A stretch of 64,000 nt of DNA from an uncultured Actinomycetota bacterium. Lineage in GTDB: Bacteria; Actinomycetota; Actinomycetes; Actinomycetales; Micrococcaceae. Shown piece by piece: positions 51,743 to 61,852 of the stretch. The DNA lies in contig CAVOJG010000007.1 in NCBI GenBank assembly GCA_963696225.1, forward strand, positions 56,657-120,656, read 5' to 3'. Each line of letters opens with the position of its first letter. The first letter of the stretch is position 1. The notes under the pieces are model-generated. The model saw only the letters and a program-made list of their open reading frames with translations. It was not told the origin of the DNA and did not search any database. A program made the position numbers and the translations under genes.

Positions 51743-54700
51743 GTGGCTAAACCCCGCGTTCACGAGCTCGCTAAAGAGCTCGGAATTACTTCAAAAGAAG
51801 CATTGACTAAATTGCAGGATATGGGCGAATTCGTTCGTTCGGCATCCTCAACCGTCGAGCCTCCGGTAGCGCGCAAACTGCGCGAAGCCTTCCCAGGTTC
51901 GGCACCGGCTGCAAAGCCAGCAGGCGCCACGCCAGCACCACGTGCCGGTGGCCCAAAGCCAGGTATGCGGCCAGCTCCGAAAGCTGCCGAAGCACCTGCT
52001 GCCAAGGCACCAGTTGCCCCGTCAGCTCCGGCTGCGCCAGCGGCACCTGCTGCTCCAGCGACCCCAGCAGCTAAGGCTCCAGAGGCAGCAGCCTCCGAGG
52101 CCCCGGCGGCCAAGGCTCCTTCGGCTCCGGCTCCAGGCGGTCCACGTCCCGGTCCAAAGCCAGCACCTAAGCCAGCAGGCACCCCACGTCCGGGCAACAG
52201 CCCATTCTCCTCACAGCAGGGAATGCGCTCAGCCGGCGACGAACGCCGTGGAAACCGCGAAGGCGGCAACCGTGCACCACGCCCACAGGGCGCCGGAGCC
52301 GGTGGCCCACGTCCAGGCGGTCCACGTCCGGGCAACTCGCCATTCTCTGCTCAGCAGGGCATGCGCGGCGAAGGCGGAACTGGCGGACCACGCCCACCAC
52401 GTGATGGTGGCGCTCCAGGTCGCGGTCCACGCCCACAGGGCGCAGGCGGACAGGGTGCCGGCGGTCCACGCCCACCACGCGATGGTGGCGCTCCAGGCCG
52501 CGGTCCACGCCCACAGGGTGCCGGCGGACAGCGTCCAGCCGGTGCCGGCGCGGGCGGTCCACGCCCAGCAGGCGCGGGAGCACCTCGTCCAGCAGGCGCT
52601 GGCGCAGGTGGCCCACGTCCGGGTGCCGCAGCAGGCGGCGCAACCCCACGCATGATGCCTAACCGTACCGATCGTCCGGCTCCAGCAGCCGGCGGTCGTC
52701 CGGGTGCCGGCGGACGCGGTCGCCCAGGCGGCGGCGGCGCTCCAGGCGGTACCGGTGGCGCACCAGGTGCCGGTGGCGGATTCCGTCCAGGCGCACCTCG
52801 TGGCCGTGGCGGCGTTGGCGGTGCCTTCGGCAAGGGCGGCGCAGGACGCGGCAAGCAGCGCAAGTCCAAGCGCGCCAAGCGCCAGGAATTGGAGCAGATG
52901 AGTGCTCCGTCGCTGGGCGGCGTAAACGTTCCACGCGGCAACGGAGCAACCGAGATCCGCATGCGCCGCGGCGCATCGATCACCGACTTCGCAGACAAGA
53001 TCGGTGCCAACCCGGCAGCGCTTGTCACCGTGCTGTTCCACCTTGGTGAAATGGCTACCGCCACCCAGTCGCTGGACGAGGCAACCTTTGAGGTCCTCGG
53101 CGCAGAGCTGGGCTACAAGGTTGCAGTGGTCTCCCCAGAGGATGAAGACAAGGAACTGCTCGAAGGCTTCGGCCTTGACCTTGACGCCGAACTTGAGGCT
53201 GAAGGCGAGGACGAGCTCGAAGAGCGCGCTCCGGTCATCACCATCATGGGTCACGTTGACCACGGTAAGACCCGTCTGCTTGACGCGATCCGCCAGTCTA
53301 ACGTGATCGAGGGCGAGCACGGTGGTATCACCCAGCACATCGGTGCATACCAGATCGTCCACGAGCACGAGGACCGCGATCGCGCGATGACCTTCATTGA
53401 CACCCCGGGCCACGAGGCGTTCACCGCCATGCGTGCTCGTGGTGCCAAGGTCACCGACGTTGCCGTACTGGTTGTCGCAGCAGATGACGGCGTCATGCCG
53501 CAGACCGTTGAGGCGCTGAACCACGCACAGTCCGCTGGCGTGCCAATCATCGTCGCGGTCAACAAGATCGATAAGCCAGCTGCAAACCCTGACAAGGTCA
53601 AGGGCCAGCTGGCCGAATACGGTCTGGTTCCCGAAGATTACGGTGGCGACACCATGTTCATCCACGTCTCCGCGTTGAAGCGTGAAGGTATCAACGAACT
53701 GCTCGACGCGGTGCTGCTGACCAGTGACGTGCTTGAACTGCAGGCTAACCCTGACAAGTCAGCCCGCGGTGTGGCCATTGAAGCGAACCTGGATAAAGGC
53801 CGCGGTTCGGTAGTCACCGTGCTGGTGCAGTCCGGTACCCTGGCAGTTGGCGACACCATGGTGGTGGGCACCGCCCACGGCCGTGTGCGTGCAATGTTCA
53901 ACGAAAACGGCGAGAACCTCGACGTGGCCTTGCCTTCGCGCCCGGTCCAGGTCTTGGGCATGTCCTCGGTGCCTCGCGCCGGCGACGGCTTCTTGATTAC
54001 CGATGACGAGCGCACCGCCCGCCAGATCGCTGACAAGCGCGAGACCGCAGAGCGCAACGCAATGCTGGCCAAGCGCCGTAAGCGCATCACCCTGGAAGAC
54101 TTCGACCAGGCTGTTGCAGACGGCAAGATCGATACGCTGAACCTGATCCTCAAGGGCGATGCCTCCGGTGCTGTTGAAGCACTGGAAGACTCGCTGATGA
54201 AGATCGACGTGGGCGATGACGTGCAGCTGCGCGTAATCCACCGCGGCGTCGGCGCGATCACCCAGAACGACGTCAACCTGGCAACCGTTGATAACGCCAT
54301 CATCATTGGCTTCAACGTGCGTCCGGCAGAGCGCGTGGCAGACCTGGCCGACAAGGAAGGCGTCGACATGCGCTTCTACTCGGTCATCTACTCCGCAATC
54401 GACGACATTGAGGCAGCCCTCACCGGCATGCTGAAGCCAGAATACGAGGAAGTTGCCCTGGGCAGCGCCGAGATTCGCATGGTCTTCCGCTCCTCGAAGT
54501 TCGGCAACATCGCAGGTTCGATCATCCGCTCCGGCACCATCAAGCGAAACACCAAGGCACGCCTGGTTCGCGATGGCAAGGTCGTAGGAGACAACCTGAA
54601 TATCGATTCGCTGCGCCGCGAAAAGGACGATGTCACCGAGGTCCGCGAGGGCTTCGAGTGCGGTATCGGCCTGGGCTCGTTCAACGACGTCAAGGAAGGC

Positions 54701-54745
54701 GACATCATCGAAACCTTCGAGATGCGCGAAAAGCCACGTGCTTAA
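51743..54745 (+). CDS. infB: Translation initiation factor IF-2
   Basis: [31 protein letters not shown]. Confidence 0.98.
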   Translation: MAKPRVHELAKELGITSKEALTKLQDMGEFVRSASSTVEPPVARKLREAFPGSAPAAKPAGATPAPRAGGPKPGMRPAPKAAEAPAAKAPVAPSAPAAPAAPAAPATPAAKAPEAAASEAPAAKAPSAPAPGGPRPGPKPAPKPAGTPRPGNSPFSSQQGMRSAGDERRGNREGGNRAPRPQGAGAGGPRPGGPRPGNSPFSAQQGMRGEGGTGGPRPPRDGGAPGRGPRPQGAGGQGAGGPRPPRDGGAPGRGPRPQGAGGQRPAGAGAGGPRPAGAGAPRPAGAGAGGPRPGAAAGGATPRMMPNRTDRPAPAAGGRPGAGGRGRPGGGGAPGGTGGAPGAGGGFRPGAPRGRGGVGGAFGKGGAGRGKQRKSKRAKRQELEQMSAPSLGGVNVPRGNGATEIRMRRGASITDFADKIGANPAALVTVLFHLGEMATATQSLDEATFEVLGAELGYKVAVVSPEDEDKELLEGFGLDLDAELEAEGEDELEERAPVITIMGHVDHGKTRLLDAIRQSNVIEGEHGGITQHIGAYQIVHEHEDRDRAMTFIDTPGHEAFTAMRARGAKVTDVAVLVVAADDGVMPQTVEALNHAQSAGVPIIVAVNKIDKPAANPDKVKGQLAEYGLVPEDYGGDTMFIHVSALKREGINELLDAVLLTSDVLELQANPDKSARGVAIEANLDKGRGSVVTVLVQSGTLAVGDTMVVGTAHGRVRAMFNENGENLDVALPSRPVQVLGMSSVPRAGDGFLITDDERTARQIADKRETAERNAMLAKRRKRITLEDFDQAVADGKIDTLNLILKGDASGAVEALEDSLMKIDVGDDVQLRVIHRGVGAITQNDVNLATVDNAIIIGFNVRPAERVADLADKEGVDMRFYSVIYSAIDDIEAALTGMLKPEYEEVALGSAEIRMVFRSSKFGNIAGSIIRSGTIKRNTKARLVRDGKVVGDNLNIDSLRREKDDVTEVREGFECGIGLGSFNDVKEGDIIETFEMREKPRA
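51890..52850 (+). repeat. Low-complexity Ala/Pro and Gly/Pro/Arg coding repeats in the IF-2 N-terminus
   Basis: [14 protein letters not shown] twice, [24 protein letters not shown] twice, many GGPRP units. Confidence 0.85.
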
Positions 54746-54761
54746 TCCTTAGCTAAGTACC

Positions 54762-54803
54762 ACGTGGGCGCTTGCCGGTCAGCTGACCGGCTGGCGCCCA
54801 CGT
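54762..54803 (+). terminator. Stem-loop between infB and rbfA
   Basis: ACGTGGGCGC..GCCGGTCAG/CTGACCGGC..GCGCCCACGT. Confidence 0.7.
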
Positions 54804-54840
54804 TGCTCAGTTTCACCACAATTTTCATTAGGAGAGAACC

Positions 54841-55275
54841 ATGGCTGATTCAGCCCGCGCGGCCCGACTGGCCAAGCGCGTGCAGGTCCTCATGGCCCAG
54901 TCGCTGCGCACCGTCATCAAAGATGAGCGCATCGACAACGTGACCGTGACCGACGCACGCGTCACCAATGACCTGCAGCATGCCACCGTGTACTACACGG
55001 TGTTCGGCGAGGGCGAGATCAAGGCCGAAATCGCCGAGATCCTGGCCAAGCGAACCGGCGCACTGCGCAAGGAACTTGGACGCAACCTGACCATCCGGTT
55101 GACCCCGACCTTGACCTTCGTGGCAGATGAGATTCCAGAGAATGCTTCGCAGCTGGATGAACTGCTGGCCGTGGCCCGGGAAAAGGACGCCGAGGTCGCT
55201 TCGCTGCGTGAGGGCAAATCCTTCGCCGGCGACGCAGATCCATACAAGAAGGACGAAGACGAAGAAGAAGCCTGA
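54841..55275 (+). CDS. rbfA: Ribosome-binding factor A
   Basis: VTVTDARVTNDLQHATVYY and RLTPTLTF. Confidence 0.96.
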   Translation: MADSARAARLAKRVQVLMAQSLRTVIKDERIDNVTVTDARVTNDLQHATVYYTVFGEGEIKAEIAEILAKRTGALRKELGRNLTIRLTPTLTFVADEIPENASQLDELLAVAREKDAEVASLREGKSFAGDADPYKKDEDEEEA

Positions 55276-55303
55276 AGGCTTGTGAACGTTTAGTCTGGAC
55301 ACG

Positions 55304-55349
55304 AACGCCTCGGGCGGTGCGCACACTGTGCGTGCCACCCGGGGCGTTT
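55304..55349 (+). terminator. Terminator after rbfA
   Basis: AACGCCTCGGG...CCCGGGGCGTT. Confidence 0.65.
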
Positions 55350-55475
55350 GCTGGTTTCAGCCGCTGGGCGAATTACACTCACAGCGAAGCCGAATTTGTT
55401 GTTTGAGACTAGTCACCTCGGAAGTCCTGGGATAGCGTGGGCTCACACCCTAGGCTCCGATCAAAGGTAGAACTG

Positions 55476-55922
55476 ATGCCAGAATTCACCACGACCCTCG
55501 TAGCAGCTAGCGGCAACAACGTGGGAATCGTTGTGCCCGACGACATCGTGCTTGGATTTGGCCGCGGCAAACGCGTCCCGGTGACGGTGCAGATCAATGG
55601 GGACTATACCTACCGGAATACCATTGCCTCCATGGCAGGGCAATTTCTGATTTCTTTCAACTCAGAGACTCGTAAAGCTACCGGCAAGGGTGCGGGAGAC
55701 GAGATTACCGTGCACCTGGAGCTTGACGAAGAACCGCGCACCGTAGAGGTACCCGAGCCGCTGGCCGTGCTGCTCTCGGCGGAACCCGAACTCGCCGATG
55801 CCTGGAACAAGCTCTCCTACAGCAAGCAACGCGGCCACGTTGATCCGATCATCACGGCGCGCGGCGAAGATACCCGGACCCGTCGGGTAGAAAAAGTCAT
55901 CAAGGTGCTGCGCAGCGAATGA
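55476..55922 (+). CDS. DUF1905 + YdeI/OmdA-domain protein
   Basis: GKRVPVTVQING, GAGDEITVHLELD, WNKLSYSKQR...TRTRRVEK. Confidence 0.85.
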   Translation: MPEFTTTLVAASGNNVGIVVPDDIVLGFGRGKRVPVTVQINGDYTYRNTIASMAGQFLISFNSETRKATGKGAGDEITVHLELDEEPRTVEVPEPLAVLLSAEPELADAWNKLSYSKQRGHVDPIITARGEDTRTRRVEKVIKVLRSE

Positions 55923-55950
55923 TGCCCCGCTTTCACTTGCAAGTCTGGAG

Positions 55951-56448
55951 GTGAGTGCAATTAATGCGGCAAGCAACGAGCAGCGATGGGTTGAACTACG
56001 CCAGGCAGAAGAGGCGGATTTTGAGCCGATTGCCGAACTGTGCCTGGCCGGCGGACTGCTTCCCTGGGCTCCAGCGTCATTAGTGTCCGGTGAAACCAAG
56101 ACCGTCCAGGTGGCCGTGCACCATTCGCAGGTTGTTGGATTGGCCAAGACCCATTGGCATGCGCAGGCCGATGGGCTTGCGCCGGCAGGACACTACCTTG
56201 GAGGCATTATTGTGCATCCGAGCTGGCGGCAGCAGGGGATAGGGCAGGCGCTGACGGCCGCACGGCTTCGCTGGATAGCCCAACGCGCCACCCGCGCGTA
56301 CTACTTCACCAACGAACAGAATCAGGCCTCCAGAGCGCTGCACGCGAAGCTCGGATTTGAACGGCTCGCAGAAGCCGAAGAAATCCATTCAGTCCGCGCC
56401 GATGACGGGACTTCCAAGCTTTTGCTGTTCCAAGCGGAACTGAGCTAG
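55951..56448 (+). CDS. GNAT acetyltransferase
   Basis: VHPSWRQQGIG and NQASRALHAKLGF. Confidence 0.87.
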   Translation: MSAINAASNEQRWVELRQAEEADFEPIAELCLAGGLLPWAPASLVSGETKTVQVAVHHSQVVGLAKTHWHAQADGLAPAGHYLGGIIVHPSWRQQGIGQALTAARLRWIAQRATRAYYFTNEQNQASRALHAKLGFERLAEAEEIHSVRADDGTSKLLLFQAELS

Positions 56449-56460
56449 CCAGAAAAAACA

Positions 56461-56502
56461 AGGCGCCTGCCGGACTTTCCAGGGAAAGTCCGGCAGGCGC
56501 CT
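56461..56502. terminator. Bidirectional terminator
   Basis: AGGCGCCTGCCGGACTTTCC-AG-GGAAAGTCCGGCAGGCGCCT preceded by an A-run. Confidence 0.88.
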
Positions 56503-56515
56503 GATGTTGTCGAAC

Positions 56516-58321
56516 CTAGTTCTTGGAAATCTTGCCCGTCGCTGAGGCTACCGGCAACAAGAACATTGGCTTCATGAAGATCCATGCAGCGGCGATAACC
56601 GCTACGGAAACCAAGAAGATCACTAGTCCCCAGGCATCGGTCGCATCACGGGAGCTATACATGTGGTTCAGATTCTTCAAGGCACCGGTGGTCAGTACCA
56701 GGAACACGTGAACCACGATGAACGCCGAGAAGAAGAGCATCACCGGGAAGTGAATCTTGCGTGCCACTTCAACCGGGTACAACTTATTCAGTGCCTTCGG
56801 CTGTGTTGGCCACCAGCTGGACATGCGCACGCCGGTCAGGATTGCAAGCGGTGCGGCAATGTAGATCACCAAGAAGTAGGAGACCATCTGTAAGGCGTTG
56901 TAGTGGATCCAGCCGTTCTCCACGGGCCAATTGAGCGAAGCGTACTGCAGCGCACCGGAGAGCATATTCGGGAAAATATCCCAACTGGTTGGGACCACGC
57001 GCATCCACTGGCCGGTAGCGGCCAAGAGAATCACGAAGATCACGCCGTTGGCTACCCACAACACATCCAGAGCCTGGTGGGTCCAGATGCTCAGTGAGTA
57101 TTTCTTTGGACTATTGCCCTTCGGGGAGAACCACGAGTTCGGCTTCGGAGTCCACATGGCTGCCGGACGTTTTTCATGACGCACCTGCAAGCCGGTGCGG
57201 ATGATCAGCACAATAAAGAACATATTCAGGAAGTGCTGCCAACCGAGCCATCCAGGAATGCCCGTGGGGGCCGAATCAGGCATAGTCGAGTGGCCGTCAT
57301 AGGTGCCAATGAAATCCTGGACCGGGCCAAGCAGGCGCAGGCCGCGAGCGGCCAGTACCACTAGCAGTGCAACCAGCACCGCACCGATGATCAGCATCGC
57401 TGGCTTAACCCAAGGCTTCATCTTGATCGAGGAAGCATCCTGCTTTGCCGCCATCCCCGGGCCTGCCGCTGGCTTTGCAGCTTCAGTTGGTGCCGCAGCA
57501 GCCGGGGAATCGGAGCCTGTCACCGGTGGTGCGACGTTTGCAGCCTTGCCCGGTGCCACCGGCGCAGAAACTTCTTCTGCCACCGGTTCGGCGACCGGTT
57601 GTTTTGCCTTTGCCTCTTGCGGAGACTCGGCCTGTTCGGTGGCTGTCGACGCGCTGACTGCTGGCTCGGACACCGATTCTGCGACATGCTCAGTCTTTGC
57701 GGATGCCTCGGTGGCCAGGTTCGCGGGGACAATCCGGGTCTCGGTTGAGCCATCGCGCGGACGTAACGGCGTGTAGCCCTTCATCCGGTTCGCTGGAGTT
57801 GCAGGAGCTTCGGCAACGGGCACTGCAGCCACCGAGGCAGCTGGCGCACTTTCTGAATCCGCGGATGAAGTCGACGGCGCGAGAACGCCCGCCGGAGCCG
57901 CATCTGTGGCTGCCGCATCATCGGTCGGAGCCGCTGACGCAGCGGCAGTAGCAGCACCCGCAGGCGCCGTTGCCGCAACGTTGGCGGTGACTCCGTCGCG
58001 CAGCCGCAACGGGGTGTAGCCGGCCATGCGCTGGCGTGTTGAGCCAGTCTCCGGGCGTGAAACTTTGACCGCCGGTGCGGCGGGGTTGGTTTCCGCTGGG
58101 GTAACTGCTGGACCAACCGGTGCTGGCGCCTCAGCAGGTACGGCCTGCTGTACCGGTGGAGCCACCGCAGTCGGCGTAGCCTGCATTGGTAGGCGAGTCT
58201 CGGCTGGCTCCGCGGCCACCGGGTGCGTCTTATGTATTTCTTTGGCACTGGCAGGTGCTTCGGGTTGCACACCGCCTTGGGTGCGCAGGGGAGTGTAGCC
58301 TGCCATCCGTTGCTTGGTCAT
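56516..58321 (-). CDS. Di-heme cytochrome b (Ni-hydrogenase cytochrome b-like) with a ~300-aa Ala/Pro-rich N-terminal extension
   Basis: Four His in TM context (WQHFLN, WTHQALD, KIHFPVM, VVHVFLV) and YNALQ motif; N-terminus has RMxGYTPLR three times. Confidence 0.85.
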   Translation of the reverse strand: MTKQRMAGYTPLRTQGGVQPEAPASAKEIHKTHPVAAEPAETRLPMQATPTAVAPPVQQAVPAEAPAPVGPAVTPAETNPAAPAVKVSRPETGSTRQRMAGYTPLRLRDGVTANVAATAPAGAATAAASAAPTDDAAATDAAPAGVLAPSTSSADSESAPAASVAAVPVAEAPATPANRMKGYTPLRPRDGSTETRIVPANLATEASAKTEHVAESVSEPAVSASTATEQAESPQEAKAKQPVAEPVAEEVSAPVAPGKAANVAPPVTGSDSPAAAAPTEAAKPAAGPGMAAKQDASSIKMKPWVKPAMLIIGAVLVALLVVLAARGLRLLGPVQDFIGTYDGHSTMPDSAPTGIPGWLGWQHFLNMFFIVLIIRTGLQVRHEKRPAAMWTPKPNSWFSPKGNSPKKYSLSIWTHQALDVLWVANGVIFVILLAATGQWMRVVPTSWDIFPNMLSGALQYASLNWPVENGWIHYNALQMVSYFLVIYIAAPLAILTGVRMSSWWPTQPKALNKLYPVEVARKIHFPVMLFFSAFIVVHVFLVLTTGALKNLNHMYSSRDATDAWGLVIFLVSVAVIAAAWIFMKPMFLLPVASATGKISKN

Positions 58322-58400
58322 GATCGTTGAACCTCATCGCGTCGTCGTATCCGGCGGATCTTGCGCGGCCGGAACCTACCTGAGTGGACAATGCCCACGA

Positions 58401-59393
58401 TTATCCTTTGCGGGTGCGAATTTCTTCAAGCAACTGCGGCACGATGGTGAACAAATCGCCCACCACACCAAAATCGGCGTGGTCAAAGATTGGCGCGTTT
58501 TCGTCCTTATCAATGGCGACAATGGTTTTGGCGGTCTGCATGCCTGCACGGTGCTGGATAGCCCCGGAGATCCCCAAGGAAATATAGAGCTCGGGAGAGA
58601 CAATGACACCGGTCTGACCGACTTGAAGCTTCGGGGAAACATAGCCGGAATCTACCGCTGCACGCGAAGCTCCGACGGCTGCGCCAAAGTGATCGGCGAG
58701 CTGTTCCACAATCTCGAACTTCTCGGCCGAACCTACGCCGCGTCCACCGGAAACGACAATTTTGGCGCTACGCAAGTCTGGACGGCTGGCATCGGTTTGT
58801 ACCGACTCAACCGAGCGGATCTGCGCACCTTTGGAAACCTTAGGCAGTGCCGAAGGTTCAATGACGGTGATTTTCGGAGACGCAACTGCTTCCGCCCTGA
58901 GCTCGGAAGCACCTGGACGGATGGTAATAATGCGTGGACCGCCTTCAACGGTGGACTCAGAGGTGACATCGCCGCCAAAGATTGAGTGCGAAGCGATTGG
59001 CTCATCATCAGCCCAACGCACCGACACGGCATCAACGCATACTGCGCCTTCAACACGGATCGCCAAACGACCTGCAATGGTGCGTCCAATGGCGGTATTG
59101 GAGATGAGAACGGCGGCCGGTGAAGTCTTCTTGATGACTGAAGCCAAAGCGGCCACATCTGCGGAGCCGAGCGCGAGCGCATCTAAATCGATGGGCAGGA
59201 CCTGTACTTCGGCAGCACCCAGTTCGCCCAGCTTAGCCGCTAGCTGCTGTTCTTGACCGGTGGCACAGACTGCAACGGCTACCGGACTGCCGAACTGGGC
59301 TGCGGTGCCAAGCAGGCCTGCGGTGGTGTTTTGAGGTGTTCCATCGGCTGCGACCTGAACGTGGACAACAACCGGCTGATTATTTTCTGACAT
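58401..59393 (-). CDS. etfA: Electron transfer flavoprotein alpha subunit
   Basis: [40 protein letters not shown]. Confidence 0.95.
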   Translation of the reverse strand: MSENNQPVVVHVQVAADGTPQNTTAGLLGTAAQFGSPVAVAVCATGQEQQLAAKLGELGAAEVQVLPIDLDALALGSADVAALASVIKKTSPAAVLISNTAIGRTIAGRLAIRVEGAVCVDAVSVRWADDEPIASHSIFGGDVTSESTVEGGPRIITIRPGASELRAEAVASPKITVIEPSALPKVSKGAQIRSVESVQTDASRPDLRSAKIVVSGGRGVGSAEKFEIVEQLADHFGAAVGASRAAVDSGYVSPKLQVGQTGVIVSPELYISLGISGAIQHRAGMQTAKTIVAIDKDENAPIFDHADFGVVGDLFTIVPQLLEEIRTRKG

Positions 59394-59461
59394 GGGGTGA
59401 ATTCTCCTGTGCAAGGATAAGCCGTGGGGGATAGAAGATTACGGAAAGCTGAGCGGGGGAC

Positions 59462-60241
59462 TTAGATAAAGTGCTTCTCAGCCAAGAAATCGGCCAGCTG
59501 CTTTGCTGCCGTTCCGTCATCGGTAATCTTTGGACCAGCCACGCGCTCCGGACGGTCTTCGGCAGAAACCATCACCGAACGGTAGTACGCGGATTCCGGT
59601 CCCGCTTCGATCCCTAGATCTGCCAGAGTCCAGGTTTCCAGAGGCTTTGTTTTCGCTGCGCGGATGCCCTTGAAATTCGGGAAGCGGGGTTCCGCTGATT
59701 TCTCGGTGACGGAGACTACCGCAGGAAAGGCCACACTGAGTTTCATGGTTGCCTCGGAAAGCTGGCTTGAACCAGTCACCTCGGTTGCGCTGATCTCAAG
59801 CTCATCTGCGTAGGGCAGGAACGGGCGGTCCATGAGTTCAGCGATCATCGCCGGAACCATGCCGCCCTTGCCATCGGTGGATTCATTTCCTGCCAGGACT
59901 AGATCAACGTCGAGTTTTTCAAGGGCTGCTGCCAAAACTCGAGCAGTGGAGATCATGTCTGAGCCAGCAAGGGCCGGGTCGGAGATATGCACCGCAGAGT
60001 GCGCGCCCATGGACAGCAGCCGGCGCAGTGCAAGGGCCGCTTTATCTCCACCCATGGCTACCGCGATCACCTCAACCTCGCCCAGTGACTTTTCGGCTTG
60101 CAAAGCCACTTCGCAGGCGCGCTCACAGATCTCGTCGGCAACTAGGTCCGCTGCTGCGCGGTCTAGCATTCCGGTTTGCAGGTCCAAGCGACGGCTCGAC
60201 CACGTATCAGGTACCTGTTTGGTCAGGACGGCGATTTTCAC
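59462..60241 (-). CDS. etfB: Electron transfer flavoprotein beta subunit
   Basis: KQVPDT, AGNESTDG, EPRFPNFKGI; AAGGAG RBS before GTG 60241. Confidence 0.95.
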   Translation of the reverse strand: MKIAVLTKQVPDTWSSRRLDLQTGMLDRAAADLVADEICERACEVALQAEKSLGEVEVIAVAMGGDKAALALRRLLSMGAHSAVHISDPALAGSDMISTARVLAAALEKLDVDLVLAGNESTDGKGGMVPAMIAELMDRPFLPYADELEISATEVTGSSQLSEATMKLSVAFPAVVSVTEKSAEPRFPNFKGIRAAKTKPLETWTLADLGIEAGPESAYYRSVMVSAEDRPERVAGPKITDDGTAAKQLADFLAEKHFI

Positions 60242-60608
60242 GCTGGTCTCCTTCTGAGGGGTTCTGGTGATTGCCAAAATGATTCGGAGATTGTCCGCTG
60301 TTTTGGCGCAACGCTTCAAATGAAATTTTCTCGCATGGTGGGTGCAGTTAAGCAACGTCACCGACTAGGAAAAACTCTACATGCCTATCGCGCTCTCGTG
60401 GGGCGGGGCTCACATAGAAGGAGGAATTCGGCAGCAAAGCCGGACGGTATCGCAGATTTCCCTCCCGGGGACGTAGTTTTTCTGATTCCAGTCAGATCAA
60501 TACACCTTGTGACGGGGCGCTTAGCGGAATCCGAAGAGAGATCTTTGAATCCAGGCTCCAAATCCGAAATCTCATCGTCAAGTCTTCCTGAGCGTTTAGA
60601 GTGAGGCC

Positions 60609-61205
60609 ATGACCTTTGAATCGGTGAGGTTGGCCTACGGCGCCAGGGCCCTTGAATACGTCGACGCTGTTGGCAGACTAGAACATATCGCGGACACGGA
60701 TCTGGCTTTGGTCGCTGATTGGGCTAGCAGGCTCAAGGGAAAAGTGATCGACGTCGGCAGCGGTCCGGGGCAGTGGACACAGTGCCTGGCAAGTTTGGGA
60801 GCTGAAGTCGAAGGAATCGAGCCGGTGCCAGAATTCCTCGCTATCGCTAAAGAGAGGTACCCGGACGTGAAATTCCGTCAAGGTCGCGCTGAGATGCTTG
60901 ATGTCCCAGCGCAAAGTTTAGGTGGGGTGCTCGCTTGGTACTCGCTGATTCATACCGAGCCCGAAAAACTGCATATACCACTCACTGAATTTGCCCGTTC
61001 AATTCGTCCAGGTGGTGGTTTGTCCCTCGGATTCTTTACTGGCTCCAAACTCGCTGCTTTTGACCATGCCGTCGCCGTCGCCTATTGCTGGCCCATTGAC
61101 CAATTAGTCGCCCAGATTGAAGATGCTGGATTTACGGTAACCCATGCAGAAAGCCGGACTATGAGCCCTACGCGCATTCACGGTGCATTATTGGCAACTC
61201 TGTAA
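60609..61205 (+). CDS. Class I SAM-dependent methyltransferase
   Basis: VIDVGSGPG, WYSLIH, IRPGG. Confidence 0.9.
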   Translation: MTFESVRLAYGARALEYVDAVGRLEHIADTDLALVADWASRLKGKVIDVGSGPGQWTQCLASLGAEVEGIEPVPEFLAIAKERYPDVKFRQGRAEMLDVPAQSLGGVLAWYSLIHTEPEKLHIPLTEFARSIRPGGGLSLGFFTGSKLAAFDHAVAVAYCWPIDQLVAQIEDAGFTVTHAESRTMSPTRIHGALLATL

Positions 61206-61852
61206 TTCAAGAACGATTCGTGTAGTGGTGCGCGGCCCAACAGAAAAATTTGTGCTTCGGACCGTCAGGAACTACGAGGTAATTTCCGATTGAGCCCACT
61301 GAATAGCGGTGCGAAAAGCAGATTCAGCACGAGTGCAACGCCCTCGCCGGTCGGGGCTAATTTATAGGTGTCCATCACGATATCGAAAAGCAGCACCAAC
61401 ACCGCAAATCTTCACATCGACTGCAGAATCTCGATTCCCCATTTACCGGATCACTTGAACATGCGAAGAACCAGCCGGTCGGTGATCTCACTTGCCAGGA
61501 GCATGGTCAGCGTGAACACGACGGGGAGTGCTCGAGCCCACCCCCACAGGCAGACCTGCAAAAAATATGCATCCGAAGAGAACAAGAATGAAGATGGGCA
61601 ATTCGCGAGTTTTTTAGCTTGCTCCTCTTGCAAAACGCCCTAAAAAGACGGAGAGGATTCGGCGATCCGAACCTATTGAGTTGATGCTCCTGGCCAACGT
61701 CGGTACCCGGGGGTCAGATTAGCCGAGACGACTTCGATCATTCGGAGTCCATTCGCCTAGAAACAACGCTGAGTTACCCACGGATTGGATGCGAGAACTG
61801 CATGACACGCATCACCGCAGGAGCCGTCTATATAACGCCTATACTGGTAGGC

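Noticed and set aside
52180-52640. Repeated GGTCCACGCCCA-like DNA units resembling a CRISPR or tandem array
   Set aside because: In-frame coding repeats of the IF-2 N-terminus with irregular spacing, no unique spacers and no cas genes
52229-53665. 478-aa antisense ORF and other long ORFs overlapping infB
   Set aside because: Shadow frames produced by GC-rich codon bias and the Gly/Pro/Ala repeats of IF-2; no family motifs
58314-58985. 223-aa plus-strand ORF opposite etfA
   Set aside because: Antisense shadow of a well-supported gene
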